A stretch of DNA of 64,000 bases from positions 558,001 to 622,000 of the forward strand of contig JAMWBK010000012.1 in assembly GCA_029953675.1 (NCBI GenBank). Direction: 5' to 3'. The position numbers and the translations under genes were made by a program. The notes beneath the pieces are model-generated. The model searched no databases and was not told where the DNA came from. It worked only from the letters and a program-made list of their open reading frames with translations. Origin of the DNA: Rhodosorus marinus CCMP1338 (lineage: Eukaryota > Plantae > Rhodophyta). Positions 34,623 through 46,964 of this stretch are shown here, in pieces; within the stretch, counting starts at the first letter, position 1, and each line of letters starts with the position of its first letter.

Positions 34623-35263
34623 GACTCTCGTGGTGGTTCGGTTCCAATCAGATGCCCAAGTGGCACGGTAGGAATACGCAAGAACGATTATCGTTGGAGG
34701 GTACAAGATTTTCCACCTTTTTCTCTCATTGGGTCGGAGAGTACAAGCTTACACTTTGCAGTACGCACCGTGGGTTTTTCGAGCGAAACGAGAAAGCTTT
34801 TTTGATTTTTTCCGGGTCTGTCTTTGCCCTGCATCTCAGATTCTTATAATACAGACCACCACTCCACTCTAGCAGAGCTGCATACTACCCCCTTTTCTAC
34901 GTTAGCTATGCACGCAACGGTCTGCTAAATGACATAAACTTATCCTGCAGTGGATACGTTTTATCTCTTTGCAAATGTGTTTACTCGGAGACTGAAAACA
35001 AAAAAACACGGGAGGGTACAAAAAGACTACCGAAGCCGAGATCACGCAACCCGCGACCACCCCAACTCCCCCCGTCCCCCACCCTCTCAACATCAAAGCC
35101 CGTGTGCGTTCACCACACACAGGGAAACTCAAAACTGCGTAAAAACGACAGAGGGGTGACAGTCGGCGGAGAATACCGAGTACCCGCCGCAACGACTGGC
35201 CACCCCCACACACCATGAGACGAACATGACAGAGAAAATCATGCTCGCTAGAGTTTGAATATG

Positions 35264-35303
35264 TTAAAAATATTCTCTTTCTCCCGAAAGAGAATATTTT
35301 TAA
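35264..35303. repeat. Perfect inverted repeat, 18-bp arms, 4-nt loop
   Basis: TTAAAAATATTCTCTTTC-TCCC-GAAAGAGAATATTTTTAA. Confidence 0.85.
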
Positions 35304-36303
35304 AAAACTGAAAAATTCAGGTTTTTAGAACACATCGGGTAGTCGCAGTTTTGAATGCAATTGTTACCGCTACTGGGGAAAAAAAAACAAAATTTCATTA
35401 AAAAAAGGATGAAATTTACTGGTAGTGAAAACCGTTAAGAAAGAGCGGACATTTCGTCAAGCGCCCAGAAGATCTTGTGAATTTTCTTACTGATTTCTTT
35501 GTCATGTTCCCTCTCATGCCGTGCGGGTGGTGGTGGTTGTAGTTGTGGCATAGTGCAATATCTCATTGTGTTGCATCGAAGCAAGTTTCAGAGCTGGCTG
35601 GTCAGGATCTTGGTTAGCCCCAGACCAACTAAGCCTTTGCTCTTGGAGCGTAGCTACATTATACAATTGATAAATGAATTCTATTTCGTGTGGTACGCTA
35701 GGGTGCGGTCCGCAATAATTCCCTTTGTCACTTGGAAACACAAGCATATACGATTTTTGCCTGGGATCCGGCAATTGTTGCAGGGCAATACGAAAAGCCA
35801 CGCCATCCAAGGACAGCAACCTTGAGGTGAGTGAAAAACTAGTTCCATTTCTGAGAATTGCCCAATTTCGGAATTGGTTGCTTCTGGAAGTTTTCTACGA
35901 ACAGATCTTTTCCGAATGCAGAGCTTTTTCACTGCGCCCTCCAGGAAACTCATCATTCGTCACCTTCGCTGGTCATCGACGGAATGTGCACGTCGATATC
36001 CAACACCGCACAGGAGTTGACAAGCATAGAAGTGCACGTGGACATCTAGGCACACGCATGAGCTGAGAAGGCTATGGAGGAGATGGAATCCTTCAAGTCA
36101 AAAAGGATCCCTTCCTCGAATGCCTCAGAGAACGATTTCCCCTCACTAGTCCTGGTTCTTACTTCCCTTCCTTCTGATCTTCATGACAGCAGCGGGCACT
36201 CGGCATGCAGGGTGGCCTTAAATGTTTTAAAAAATATCAGCCCTCCCCCGTAGTGGCTCGCCCGCAACGCTTTTGTCTCATATTTCATTATATCTTTCAA
36301 GGC

Positions 36304-36406
36304 GAATCCTATCAAAACAGTAACCCCCCTATTATATCTTTCTAATCGAATCCTATCAAAACCGTAAACCCCCAATCATATCTTCCTAGGAGAATCCTAT
36401 CAAAAC
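36304..36406 (+). repeat. 44-bp period minisatellite (~2.3 units)
   Basis: GAATCCTATCAAAAC at 36304, 36348 and 36392 with related intervening sequence. Confidence 0.8.
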
Positions 36407-37063
36407 CTATTTTCTATGCAATCGCTGGTTTGTTTTTTATCGTTAAATTGAATGTGTTTTAATATCCAACTTGATGTCGAGACTTTCTTTTTTTCAAGGA
36501 AAAACCTCAGTTTTTTTGCAAGGTTTTCCTCATTTTTATTTTTATTTTTATTACGAGATTGGCACGTGCTTGGCGGATCAGTTCACACGACTTACTCCAC
36601 GAGGCGGGTACGAAACTCACGGCGTTCTACGATTTATTCCGAGCCTAACTACCCTGAGAGACGAGAAACAAGCAGATGATGACGCGCGTCCAACAAGAAG
36701 GAAGATATCGCAAGACCAACCCCTCCCAGGTACAAACTAATGAATGTGCTTCCAGCAACAATGCGAAGCCGAAAAGTTTTCTTGGTTAGATTGATGTAGG
36801 TCGGGTAAGACACACATGTATTCGTCGATCCCCTTTGAGTCGATGAGGGTGGTAGACCTCCACCAGGATTCCATTCAGACGTTACCACGAATCCAAGCAA
36901 TTCACCATCTTTGACGTGTTTTGGAATGCGTCGAATTAAACGTGGACTCCAGGGGCAGCTACTCCAGATCCACGGAATCCTCAAAATAAGTTTGATATAA
37001 GTTCATTAGACGAACCATGTCCTTCCTCCACCGGTTTCAACCAATTGCTATCTGTAGTTCCTG

Positions 37064-37415
37064 AGTGAAACGACGGTATACTGAGAGTATCGCCAGCCTG
37101 CCTCGCGCTGAGGGTCGCTCCCACCGGTTCCAACCTTTCATTGTGGAAAGCTTTGGTCACGTGAAGAAGTCGGGTTTGGAGTGGTTGCGGAAATGTTTCA
37201 CTGAGCATCCTGTTGAATACTTAGAACTTTTGCGGCGCTTAAGTGTCTCTCTGTGGCGACATTCGAGCAGCATGCTTGCCGAGGCGCGCCATCGGCGCCT
37301 GGGTTTGGCACGCTTCCCTACCTAGTTCTTAGTGCTAGTAAAGTCCAGTTCTTAGTTCCTTTTCACGGTTTGCAGCGCTGTAGGCTATGCTAGTAAAGTC
37401 CAGTCCAATAAAGCC
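37064..37415 (+). mobile_element. Family B2 short copy with an internally repeated 3' end
   Basis: RLE C-terminus, a tail unit in mid-UTR (~37333-37347), then a full hairpin and mixed tail. Confidence 0.85.
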
Positions 37416-37418
37416 AGT

Positions 37419-37500
37419 GAATTGGTTTAATCGGAGGCTGAAAGAAGAGGCCCCCAGCTGGGAAAACAAAAGACTACTATTTAGTGCATCTCCACCTCCA
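37419..37500 (-). mobile_element. Family A-like 3' end, tail-to-tail with the B2 copy
   Basis: Reverse complement of CAGCCTCCGATTAAACCAATTC. Confidence 0.65.
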
Positions 37501-37679
37501 TCGTGATTGCAAACATGAGTTCTCAACACAAATGCAAAGGGGGGATATTGTATAGTATATAATTATTAAAACAATTCAGTACAATAATCGAATCACCCAA
37601 GAAAAGCACAACCCGACCAGATGAACACCCCCGCCGCGCCCCAACAAGAACGGATATACCCGGGTTTACCACAAGGGTT

Positions 37680-38340
37680 TTTGCACTCTAATCGCCTTTT
37701 CTTCTTCCAGGACTCTGGGAGTTGTATTGACGGTTGTGGTTGTCACTTTCTGGGTTCGTGTGGCGTGTGAATAGGTCATCGTACGAAACGTCACACCCGT
37801 CTGAAACCCGGCTGAAGTTCATCCTGGGCGAACATTTCACCAGGGTTGGTCACAAGGTTGAAGTTGAATCGGAAATACCCCGATCAGCCTCCGCCATCGC
37901 GTCCCCTCACCCTTTGCTCCACGGATCTCCTGGTATCGGACGCAGCCGCCACACGCTCAGAATGTGTGGACCTCGCTTTCAAATGCCCTGTGTCAAGTAC
38001 CTAACCCCCCCTTGACGCTCTCGCCGGGGACGGGGTGGGCAGCTTCTGTACTAAGCCGACTGAAGGAACGACGGTACGCCGAGAGCATGGCCTGTATCCC
38101 CTGAGAAGAGGGCCTTGTCACAGGTTCCAGCCTTTCACTGTGGTAAGCTTTCGGCATTGCAGGTTCGATGTGGAGTGCTTTGGGCATCTGGAAAAGTCCA
38201 GCTTGGACTGGCTGCAGAACGTATTAGGGTCCTGTTAAATATCTATGACTACTAAGCCGTTTAATGGCCGCTCTGGGGCGATATTCTAGCAGTATGCTCG
38301 TCATGTAGCGCCTGGGCTTGCACGCTTTTAGACTTAGTTC
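37680..38340 (+). mobile_element. Old, diverged family B-like fragment
   Basis: Decayed RLKFILGEHFTRVGHKVEVESEIPRS and RRY/FQPF motifs. Confidence 0.7.
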
Positions 38341-39082
38341 CGTGGAAGTATGATACTGTTTGGACACTGTTTCCCATAGGGATCTGGGGGTCCTACTTAG
38401 CCTAGCCTATTTTGATTCTCTTACATATCCCTCGGTAGTTGGAGTAAACGGTACAAGTTGCTAGTTCCCCTTTACGCCCTGCTCAACGCTTCAGGCTATG
38501 CAGGTAACCACCAAAAACAAAACGCGAGAAATATTGACTGACCGCAGGTGGGCGCTGGGATATTGACTGAACTTGTATTGCAATCCTTGTAATTCTTGCA
38601 GATAACAAACAGAAATGTCAAAAACCTATCTATTCAGACCGGTTCACCCTTTCTAGCTCATCCAATCAATCCTCGAATGATCGGATGAGCTGGAACACAT
38701 GACCTCAGCAACCTCACCAAGGCTCTCTCTGGAACACTCCCAGACCGTCAGACAGTCAGACGCAACTGCCCAGTACGCCCTGCGCGAGCGCATTAAAAAC
38801 TGTATTAATAACAAATAAGACAACCCCTACTGTCAGCCCTACGATGGTAAACCCACCACATTGACTTCCAATTTGTACCCTTCGCCGTCGAAGGGTTTGG
38901 ACGACTCGTGCAAGCGGCCCAAAACTTCATTACGGAAACTACTGCACATCTTGAGCACAAAGCGGACGCGCAAACGCTAATTCGCGTGGATATTAATCGA
39001 GAGCTATGGCGAGGCACGGCTCGCTTGGCGATCCATGCCATGCGCAAAGATAATCATGTTCGGACGCTGTTCCATCTGAAAA

Positions 39083-40578
39083 GGCTATGCTAATAAATGT
39101 TTAACTCGGGTAAGGCATACGGGTTGAGGTGGAATCGGAAATACCCAGATCGGTCTCGGACACGGCGCCGCCCCGCTGTATCGCAGATCTTCTGCGACCC
39201 GACGCTCAGCATATGTTGACCTCGCGATCACATGCCCTGTCGCCAGCGCCCAGGTCACGGCTGCTGCCCGCCGCCGAGGGGCAGCCGCTTCGGCTCTTCG
39301 ACGAGTGAAGGAACGACGGTATGCTGAGAGCATGGCCAGTCTACCCCACACCGAGGGTCGCTCCCACCGGTTCCAGCCTTTCATTGTGGAAAGCTTTGGT
39401 CATGAGGATAAGTCGGGTTTAGAGTGGTTGCGGAAATGTTTCGCTGAGCATCTTACTGAGTACTTGGCGCTTTTACGGCGTTTGAGTGCCGCCCTGTGGC
39501 GATATTCTAGCAGCATGCTTGCCGAGGCGCGCCATCGGCGCCTGGGTTTGCACGCTTCCCTCCCTAGTTCTTAGTTCCTTTTCACGGCTTGCGTAGCGCT
39601 TCAGACTACCCGGGTTTGAGCCGATTGTGGAGCTCCCGCACTGATGTGATTCAACATAGCCTCACCTGGGGCCAACACAGTGCCGCTCACACAGTCATGC
39701 TCAATTCTCCTCTCACCCCGCCTACCACTGCCGCTCGTCTCCGCGGCATGGGAGGCCATCTCTCGCACTTGTGGCTAACCACTCTACCGTCGTCATTGAG
39801 TCATCGTCTCGATGCTTTCCAGTTCCGTTCTACCGCGCGGATCTATCTCGGTTTGCCACAGGCTCCGTGGCACTCTAATCGGCCTTCTTTCTGTCAGGGA
39901 TGTGAGAGCCGGATTGACGCTTGTGGCTACCACTTCCTGGGTTCCTGCGAACTGTTGAGAGGTCTCCGTACGAGGCGTCACACTCGCCTCAAGTACATCC
40001 TCAGCGAATTTTTGACTCGGATAGGGCATACGGTTGAGGTTGAGTCGGAACTGCCCAGATCAATCTCGGACTCTGCACCGCCCCGTTGTATAGCCGATCT
40101 CCTCGTCTCCGACGCTGCTGCCAGACGCTCAACATATGTGGACCTTGCGATTACCTGCCCCGTGGCCAGCGCCCACCTCACCGCAGCCGCCCACCGCCGG
40201 GGGGCCGCGGCTTCAGCCCTTCGAAGAGTTAAGGAACGACGGTATGCTGAGAGCATGGCCAGTCTGCCTTGCGCTGAGGGTCGCTCTCACCGGTTCCAGC
40301 CATTCATTGTGGAAAGCTTTGGTCACGTCGATAAGTCGGGTTTAGAGTGGTTGCGGAAATGTTTTGCTGAGCATCCTACTGAATATTTGGCGCTCTTGAG
40401 GCGTTTAAGTGTCTCCCTTTGGCGATATTCCAGCCACATGCTTTCCGAGGCGCGCCATCGGCGCCTGGGGCTGCATGCTTCCCTCCCTAGTTATTAGTTC
40501 ATCTTCACGCCTTGCGTAGCGCTTCAGGCTATGCTAGTAAAGTCCAGTGTGCTCGTAAAGTCCAGTAAAGTCCAGTCC
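39083..40578 (+). mobile_element. Head-to-tail family B chain: tail stub, B3 fragment (39104-39604), B1 fragment (39605-40578)
   Basis: B3 ends at GCGCTTCAG (hairpin loop) and is joined directly to a B1 internal sequence; multi-unit tail at 40533-40578. Confidence 0.88.
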
Positions 40579-41606
40579 AGTCTTCATCATCCCTTCACCT
40601 AATTCATGCCCATTGCACAAGCACACTATACAGTATATATATACCCCTTGCTACTCGTCGTCTAAGATATAACGTTGACGCTAGACTCCCAATTAAACAA
40701 TGAATGCAATAAATTCTATGATTATTTAGAATTGATCTGTGACCGTTCGATCCTTGATGTATGTCGCTATTGATCCCATCCGGACGCTGTACCCCGACCG
40801 ACCCAGGCGAAGGAACAAAATTCCACACGCAACCGTAGTCTGAGTGTGACATTGAAACAGTCAAGCGCGCAGCAATATGCGAGGAGCTAGGTCACACTTT
40901 TTTGGAAGTCTGACATTCCAGCAGACAAGGCTTACCGGAATGTCCTACTGAGCTGGAACGGACCTCAAGGACCCTAGCAAAGCCCTCTCCAGAACTCCCT
41001 ACTGAAGCACACAAGCGCAACCGCCCAGATTTGCCCGAGCCGAGATAATAAAATTGTATTATTTAAAAAAATAACCGTCAGTGTCAGGTTATCTAAAAAA
41101 AAGCCCAGTACAACTGTCAGTACTCTACTATAAAAAAGTGGAACCTCAACACGGTCTTCAATCTCCGATTAACCAAACTCATTTCAACATGAAACCCATA
41201 GAAACAGAATCAAAATTTCGATATTTGAAATTGGTCTAATGCAAAAAGGACGAAGCACTGGCGCCGCGCATTCAGCATGTTGGGAAACCGCTCTGCCGAG
41301 CGGCAGCGAAAAGCTTATCAATTAAGGTTACTACGTGACCAACAGATCAATCACAACAAAGCGAGGTGAGCTTAATCTTTTACACCCGTCGACAGTGACA
41401 ATGCGGCGTCATGTGCTGGAGGAAGTCGAGCTATTTTCTGCCACCCACAGCTAACTGTTTACCGTCGCGGCGTCTATAAAAGTGGGACTTGAGATGAAGA
41501 TGCTTCAAGTTAGTCCTGGGTTGACCAATTCACTCAACTAGATATTACCTGACAAGTATGAGACCGAGATTGACACAGTAGCGAAGACAACTGAAAATTG
41601 ACAACG

Positions 41607-42440
41607 ATGAAGATGCACGGATTGGTTTTTGTGGTGCTTGGATTGGTAGGAGCTACGGTAGCTGTCACATCGCGAACGCAAGGTTCTCTGCGGGAACAAC
41701 ACCCAACTCCAACTCCTACTGTGGGGCCTACCCCAACCCCGACCCCGATTCCTTGTGATTCCGATGAATGCTCATCATGCTGCGACAGCCAGTGCCAGGT
41801 GCTCGCATGTCCTGCTAGTGAAGGAAAGCAATGCGGAGGTTCGTGTCCGGCCCCGCCCAACTTGATCGAGAGCCAGGTCAACTTTCGAAAGGTTACATGC
41901 AACGTGGACTCGGACAATAATATGGAGTGCGATCTCTGCGAGTGTCCGCAGGAGTGGTATGACGAAGGTATACCAAGTGTCATAAACCACGCGTTGAAGA
42001 GCAAGTTCAAGGAAATTGCTACCAGTGGCGATTGCAAACTCGCAGACTCTGTGAAAGAGGTTAACGTGATTTGTGCCGCACGAAACAATCAGCAAAAGAA
42101 AGTGTACCAATGTAAAACTCTGAGCGGCGCATGCATTATCAACGAGCGGGATTACTTCGGTCTGAATATGACGTTGACGAGCGTGTGCGGAAACACCGGC
42201 GCTCCAAAATGCAGTATCAATCCAATCACGGGTGTAACAAACTGCTCTTACGGTACGACAGTCTGCTACAAAGTTCCGGAACAAGCGGTTGTAACATTCG
42301 GGAACAAATGCGGAGACCCGTGCGAGCCAATAACGGACGGATCAACCTGCGACCAGTGCTATGACAGCGAGTCCGGAACAAGGCCTAGGCCCCCACCGAA
42401 GTGCATTGCTCCTAAATCGTCAACAACAGACACTTGCTAA
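41607..42440 (+). CDS. Secreted Cys-rich protein, paralogue 4
   Basis: ATG at 41607; TATAAAA at 41475; signal peptide, PT linker, conserved Cys. Confidence 0.88.
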   Translation: MKMHGLVFVVLGLVGATVAVTSRTQGSLREQHPTPTPTVGPTPTPTPIPCDSDECSSCCDSQCQVLACPASEGKQCGGSCPAPPNLIESQVNFRKVTCNVDSDNNMECDLCECPQEWYDEGIPSVINHALKSKFKEIATSGDCKLADSVKEVNVICAARNNQQKKVYQCKTLSGACIINERDYFGLNMTLTSVCGNTGAPKCSINPITGVTNCSYGTTVCYKVPEQAVVTFGNKCGDPCEPITDGSTCDQCYDSESGTRPRPPPKCIAPKSSTTDTC

Positions 42441-42551
42441 AAGGTCTAGAGCTAACACTGGAGACGCCAATCTGTACACCTCACAGACATGCGCAGAACC
42501 AGCTTGAGCACATAACGGGTTAATTCAGGGACATGTGCAACAAATTGCAAT

Positions 42552-42658
42552 GCAATAGATTGATTAAACCATTCGTTCGTCGCAATAGATTATCGACTAA
42601 ACATTGAAGAATTAAACAACGCAATAGATTATCGACTAAACATTGAAGAATTAAACAA
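42552..42658 (+). mobile_element. Family A micro-insertion (20 nt) next to a ~39-bp tandem duplication
   Basis: GCAATAGATT - GATTAAACCATTCGTTCGTC - GCAATAGATT; then GCAATAGATTATCGACTAAACATTGAAGAATTAAACAA occurs twice. Confidence 0.72.
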
Positions 42659-44012
42659 AGTTATTTCATCTAATTGATAAAGCTAAAAGCTCTTGGAACA
42701 TGTGAATTCATAGCTCTCCGTATTAGTCGCTAAAATGATAGCAAATATGTTCAAGATATTACACTTTCAGACGGGTCCTCTGGAGCAATAAAATGTAATA
42801 TATTGAAGAATTGAGTGATTGGGCTACGTTGGATTGAATGAATTTCTTCAATCGGAAACTGACAGCAAAAACCCAGAGGGGGAAGAAAATACTAAGCGCG
42901 ACGAGAATCGCGCGCCGTTGTGCAATAAAAGTTGCTCTTAGTGGAGGGAGGTGATCACGAAATCTCGTGGGTCGTGGTTAGTTTTTTCCCTTGGCAGGGC
43001 GGGGGGGGAAAGGGAGATCAGACGTGTCGGACTACACAGAAAAAAAGCTAGGACAAAAGTTTATCTGATTTCGTCGTGTTTTACACAGTGTCCCTCGCCG
43101 CTTGACAGCCTCCTCGCGGAGTTGTCTCTGACACTCTGGCGACGTCAGAGACAACTCCGGATCGTCATGCCTTTGTTGTTGGATGAGCGTCATCAGCGTC
43201 TCCCTTCGCGTTCCACAGGAAAAATGAATAAACTAATCATCAATGTTGGCATGAGAGGTGAACTCTCGGAAACAGAATTAGTTCGAGGACCTGTCTCTGA
43301 GCCAATACGCTGCTTCCAGGGTGCAAGTTCGTCCCCTCCTCCACCTCCTCGTCATGACAATCACCGTCACCCTTTCTAACCCAACCTCGTCTAGTTCCGT
43401 GATATGGCCAGATCGCCACAACTTCCCGCTCCGGGTCCTTCCAACCCACCCCGTCTCAATACTCAGCATTTACCGGCTAGATCGTGGGTTTTGATGCATG
43501 AGAGCAAATTTAAAATGGAAAAACTTGTTTAATTGGAAGCTGAGGAAAAAAAACCGTACGGAAAAAGACTAGGCGCAGCGAAGTTCGCGCCGCCTCCAAC
43601 AGCAAAGCAACGTTCATAGACACCGCAAAGCCCCATTTTAAGATCGGGCTAAAAACAGGTCAAAAATATGAATGTTTCGTTTTGAACTCTATTTCTTATT
43701 TGAATGCTAATGCGTAGCAAGTAGCAGCCTTCAAAACCACAAACCCCTGGAGAATGTTAATCTCTTAAAAATCAGTCTGAACAAGGTATTTCCCGGAGGA
43801 AAGCATCACCGGAGATTGAGCAGGAATTGTTGCATTCCGTAGAATCTTCCCCACTTATGAAACCCCCCCCCAACCGTAGATGGTGCGTGATATTCAAAGT
43901 GGTCTAGGCTTACAACAATATACGGCGCGAGCTATTAGGTCACAGGAGCGGGGCCTTCCAGCGGATAACGCTTCACAAGAATGTGCCGCTTGAATACATG
44001 ACCTCAACAACC

Positions 44013-44313
44013 AAATACGCGGGGGCTTTGTCTTCCCCTGGTGTTCGTGCTTCGGCACTAGCACATCGCTTGGTACCCCTGATCATTGAGTGCTTTGGGT
44101 TCATGGACTCTGTTGGTTCTCGCTGGCTTCGGGAGTTGTTCCGCGAACGCCCTGACCGTCTTCAATCGTTGTTTACCCGCTTAAGTTTCCTGCTGTGGCG
44201 CATGAATGCCGCTTTGATGTTGGAGGCGCGAGTACTTCGCCGCGCTTAGTCTTTTTTTCCCCTCGGGGTTTTTTTTTTTTTCAGCCTCCGATTAAACCAT
44301 TCATTCATTCATT
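44013..44313 (+). mobile_element. Family A short 5'-truncated copy
   Basis: Matches the family A 3' end; TSD TCAACAACC at 44004-44012 and 44314-44322. Confidence 0.9.
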
Positions 44314-44709
44314 TCAACAACCCGAGCAAAGGTCTTTTTGGAACTCCCAGCCGGGACCCTCACACCCAATTGCTGTTTCGTTCGGTAATCCATTAAAAAC
44401 TGTATTATTAAAAAAAATAATCACCACTGTCAAACCTATGCCAATAAAAGCGCCCACCACCGTCAGCGCCAATACTATTTTTGTGTGTTTTGTCTTCCTC
44501 GCTCCTGTGCGGAGCAAAACAAAACAACATGACATTCGCTCACAAACAGAACAGAGACACTCCAGCAACATTTTTTGCTTGTCAACGGAGATGTGTTGTA
44601 ATGAAACCTTACCAGGAATCGCTCAACTTCGACTGAATTATTGACAATCAGGACGAACTGCTAATTTTAGCAACAAACCGTTGATTCTGAAGGGGTTTGG
44701 GGACATGTC

Positions 44710-45085
44710 TCATGAATCGGAAGCTGAAAGAAAAACACACAGAGGGCCAAAAAAAGACTAAGCGCAGTGAAGATCGAGCGCCTCCAACATCAAAGCAGCG
44801 TTCATATGCCACAGCAAGAAATTTTTAACGGGTAAACAACGAGGACAGACAGTCAGGGCGTTCGTGGAACAATTCCCGAAGCCAACGAGAACCAACGGAA
44901 TTCATAAACCCAAAGCACTCATTGACCAGAGGTACCAGGCGATGAGCTAGAGTCGAAGCACGAATGCTTGGGGAAGACAAGTCCCTCGCATACTTCAACT
45001 TTATTCGACGTCTCATACTGGCAGCCGCAAAATCCACGGCGCTCTCCCCCAGCCGGGGCAAATAGCGACCACCCTGAGGATTAGG
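44710..45085 (-). mobile_element. Diverged family A-like fragment
   Basis: ASMRRRIKLKYA..AHRLVPLVNECFGF motif. Confidence 0.8.
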
Positions 45086-45231
45086 AAATCTAATCCTTAA
45101 GTCACGTATGTTCAGACTGACTGAATTTTGTTTAATCGGAGATAAAAAGAAAAATGCAGATTAGGGTCGAGGAGCACAAGCGTCGAGCCAAGGAAGCGGT
45201 ATCTAGTTACGGCTTAAGTTTCTGATGGTAG

Positions 45232-45490
45232 TTTTACTGGTTATTATTAGCATAGCCTAAAGCGCTACGCAGGGCGTGAAAAGCAACTAAGAATTTGGTA
45301 GGGAAGCGTGCAAACCCAGGCGCCGCGCCTCGGCAAGTATGCTGCTAGAATATCGCCACAGAGAGACACTAAAGCGGCGTAAGAGTTCCAAGTATTCGGT
45401 AGGATGCTCAGCGAAACATTTCCGCAACCGCTCCAAACCCGACTTCTCCACGTGACCAAAGCTTTCCACAATAAAAGGCTGGAACCGGTG
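45232..45490 (-). mobile_element. Family B short copy
   Basis: ESFGHVEKSGLE..RRLGLHASLP; hairpin and tail. Confidence 0.85.
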
Positions 45491-45883
45491 GTTTTACTGC
45501 CTGACTTTACTAGTGGTTTTATGGCTTCGGGCGCTGCGCGCTCAGCATGCTGTTAGTCGTTCGGACCGAGCGGTAACTGTTGAATAACCTATCAATTGAG
45601 GTTTTTAAGTGATGAATAGATCAATCTGGGCAACAAGGAGAGGCGAGGATGAATCTTCATACCTGTCCGCCACGGTAGCTGATGTTAAGCCATGCGCTGG
45701 AGGCAAGTCTAACTACATGGTGCCGCTCACAGCGACCTGTTACCGTCGGGTAGTCTCTATAAAAGTGTGACTTGAGATGAAGATGCTTCAAGTTAGTCCT
45801 GGGTTGCCCAATTCACTCAACTAGATATACCTGACAAGTAAGCGAACGAGATCGACATATTAGAGAACTGAAAATTGACAACG

Positions 45884-46717
45884 ATGAAGATACACGGATT
45901 GGTTTTTGTGGTACTTGGATTGGTAGGAGCGACGGTAGCTGTCACATCGCGAACTCAAGGTTCTCTGCGGGAACAACACCCGACTCCAACTCCTACTGTG
46001 GGCCCTACCCAAACCCCGACCCCGATTCCTTGTGATTCCGATGAATGCTCATCATGCTGCGACAGCCAGTGCCAGCCGTTGGCATGTCTTGCTAGCGAAG
46101 GAAAGCAATGCGGAGGTTCGTGTCCGGCCCAGCCCAACTTGATCGAGAGCCAGGTCAACTTTCGAAAGGTTACATGCAACGTGGACTCGGACAATAATAT
46201 GGAGTGCGATCTCTGCGAGTGTCCGCAGGAGTGGTATGACGAAGGTATACCAAGTGTCATAAACAACTCGTTGAAGAGCAAGTTCAAGGAAATTGCTACC
46301 AGTGGCGATTGCAAACTCGCAGATACTGTGGAAAAGGTTAACGTGATTTGTGCTATACCAAACAATCAGCAACAGAAAGTGTACCAGTGTAAAACTAAGA
46401 GCGGCGCATGCATTGTTAACGAACGGGATTACTTTGGTCTGAATATGACGGTGACGAGCGAGTGCGGAAGCACCGGCGCTCCGATATGCAATATCAATCC
46501 AATAACGGGTGTAACAAACTGCTATTACGGTACGACAGTCTGCTACAAAGTTCCGGAACAAGCGGTTGTAACATTCGGGAACAAGTGCGGAGACCCGTGC
46601 GAGCCAATAACGGACGGATCAACCTGCGACCAGTGCTATGACAGCGAGTCCGGAACAAGGCCCAGGCCACCACCGAAGTGCATTGCTCCTTATTCGTCAA
46701 CAAGACGCACTTGCTAA
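45884..46717 (+). CDS. Secreted Cys-rich protein, paralogue 5 (closest to paralogue 4)
   Basis: ATG at 45884; TATAAAA at 45758; conserved Cys pattern. Confidence 0.88.
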   Translation: MKIHGLVFVVLGLVGATVAVTSRTQGSLREQHPTPTPTVGPTQTPTPIPCDSDECSSCCDSQCQPLACLASEGKQCGGSCPAQPNLIESQVNFRKVTCNVDSDNNMECDLCECPQEWYDEGIPSVINNSLKSKFKEIATSGDCKLADTVEKVNVICAIPNNQQQKVYQCKTKSGACIVNERDYFGLNMTVTSECGSTGAPICNINPITGVTNCYYGTTVCYKVPEQAVVTFGNKCGDPCEPITDGSTCDQCYDSESGTRPRPPPKCIAPYSSTRRTC

Positions 46718-46964
46718 AAGTTCGAGAGCTAGCACTGGAGAAGCCGATCTGTAGAATTTACGCATATGCGCGGAACAGTTTGAGGAAAGTACGAGTTTAT
46801 TCGGAGGCCTGTGGGAAGAACCTTTTGTTTGTGGCGAGCAATAGATTGGAGGTACCGAAGAATTATATAAAGTTGTCTCAGCCAATGGATAAAACTACAA
46901 GCTCTTAAACCATATGAGTTCATAAGTGTCCGTTTTAACTGCTAAAAATAAACAGATTCTATTG

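Noticed and set aside
36304-36406. CRISPR-like repeat spacing (15-bp motif every 44 bp)
   Set aside because: The spacers resemble each other, there are only three motifs, there are no cas genes and the context is eukaryotic; it is a minisatellite
5345-46717. Cys-rich paralogues as retrocopies made by the neighbouring RTs
   Set aside because: They share hundreds of bp of upstream promoter sequence and lack tails or TSDs, pointing to DNA-level duplication
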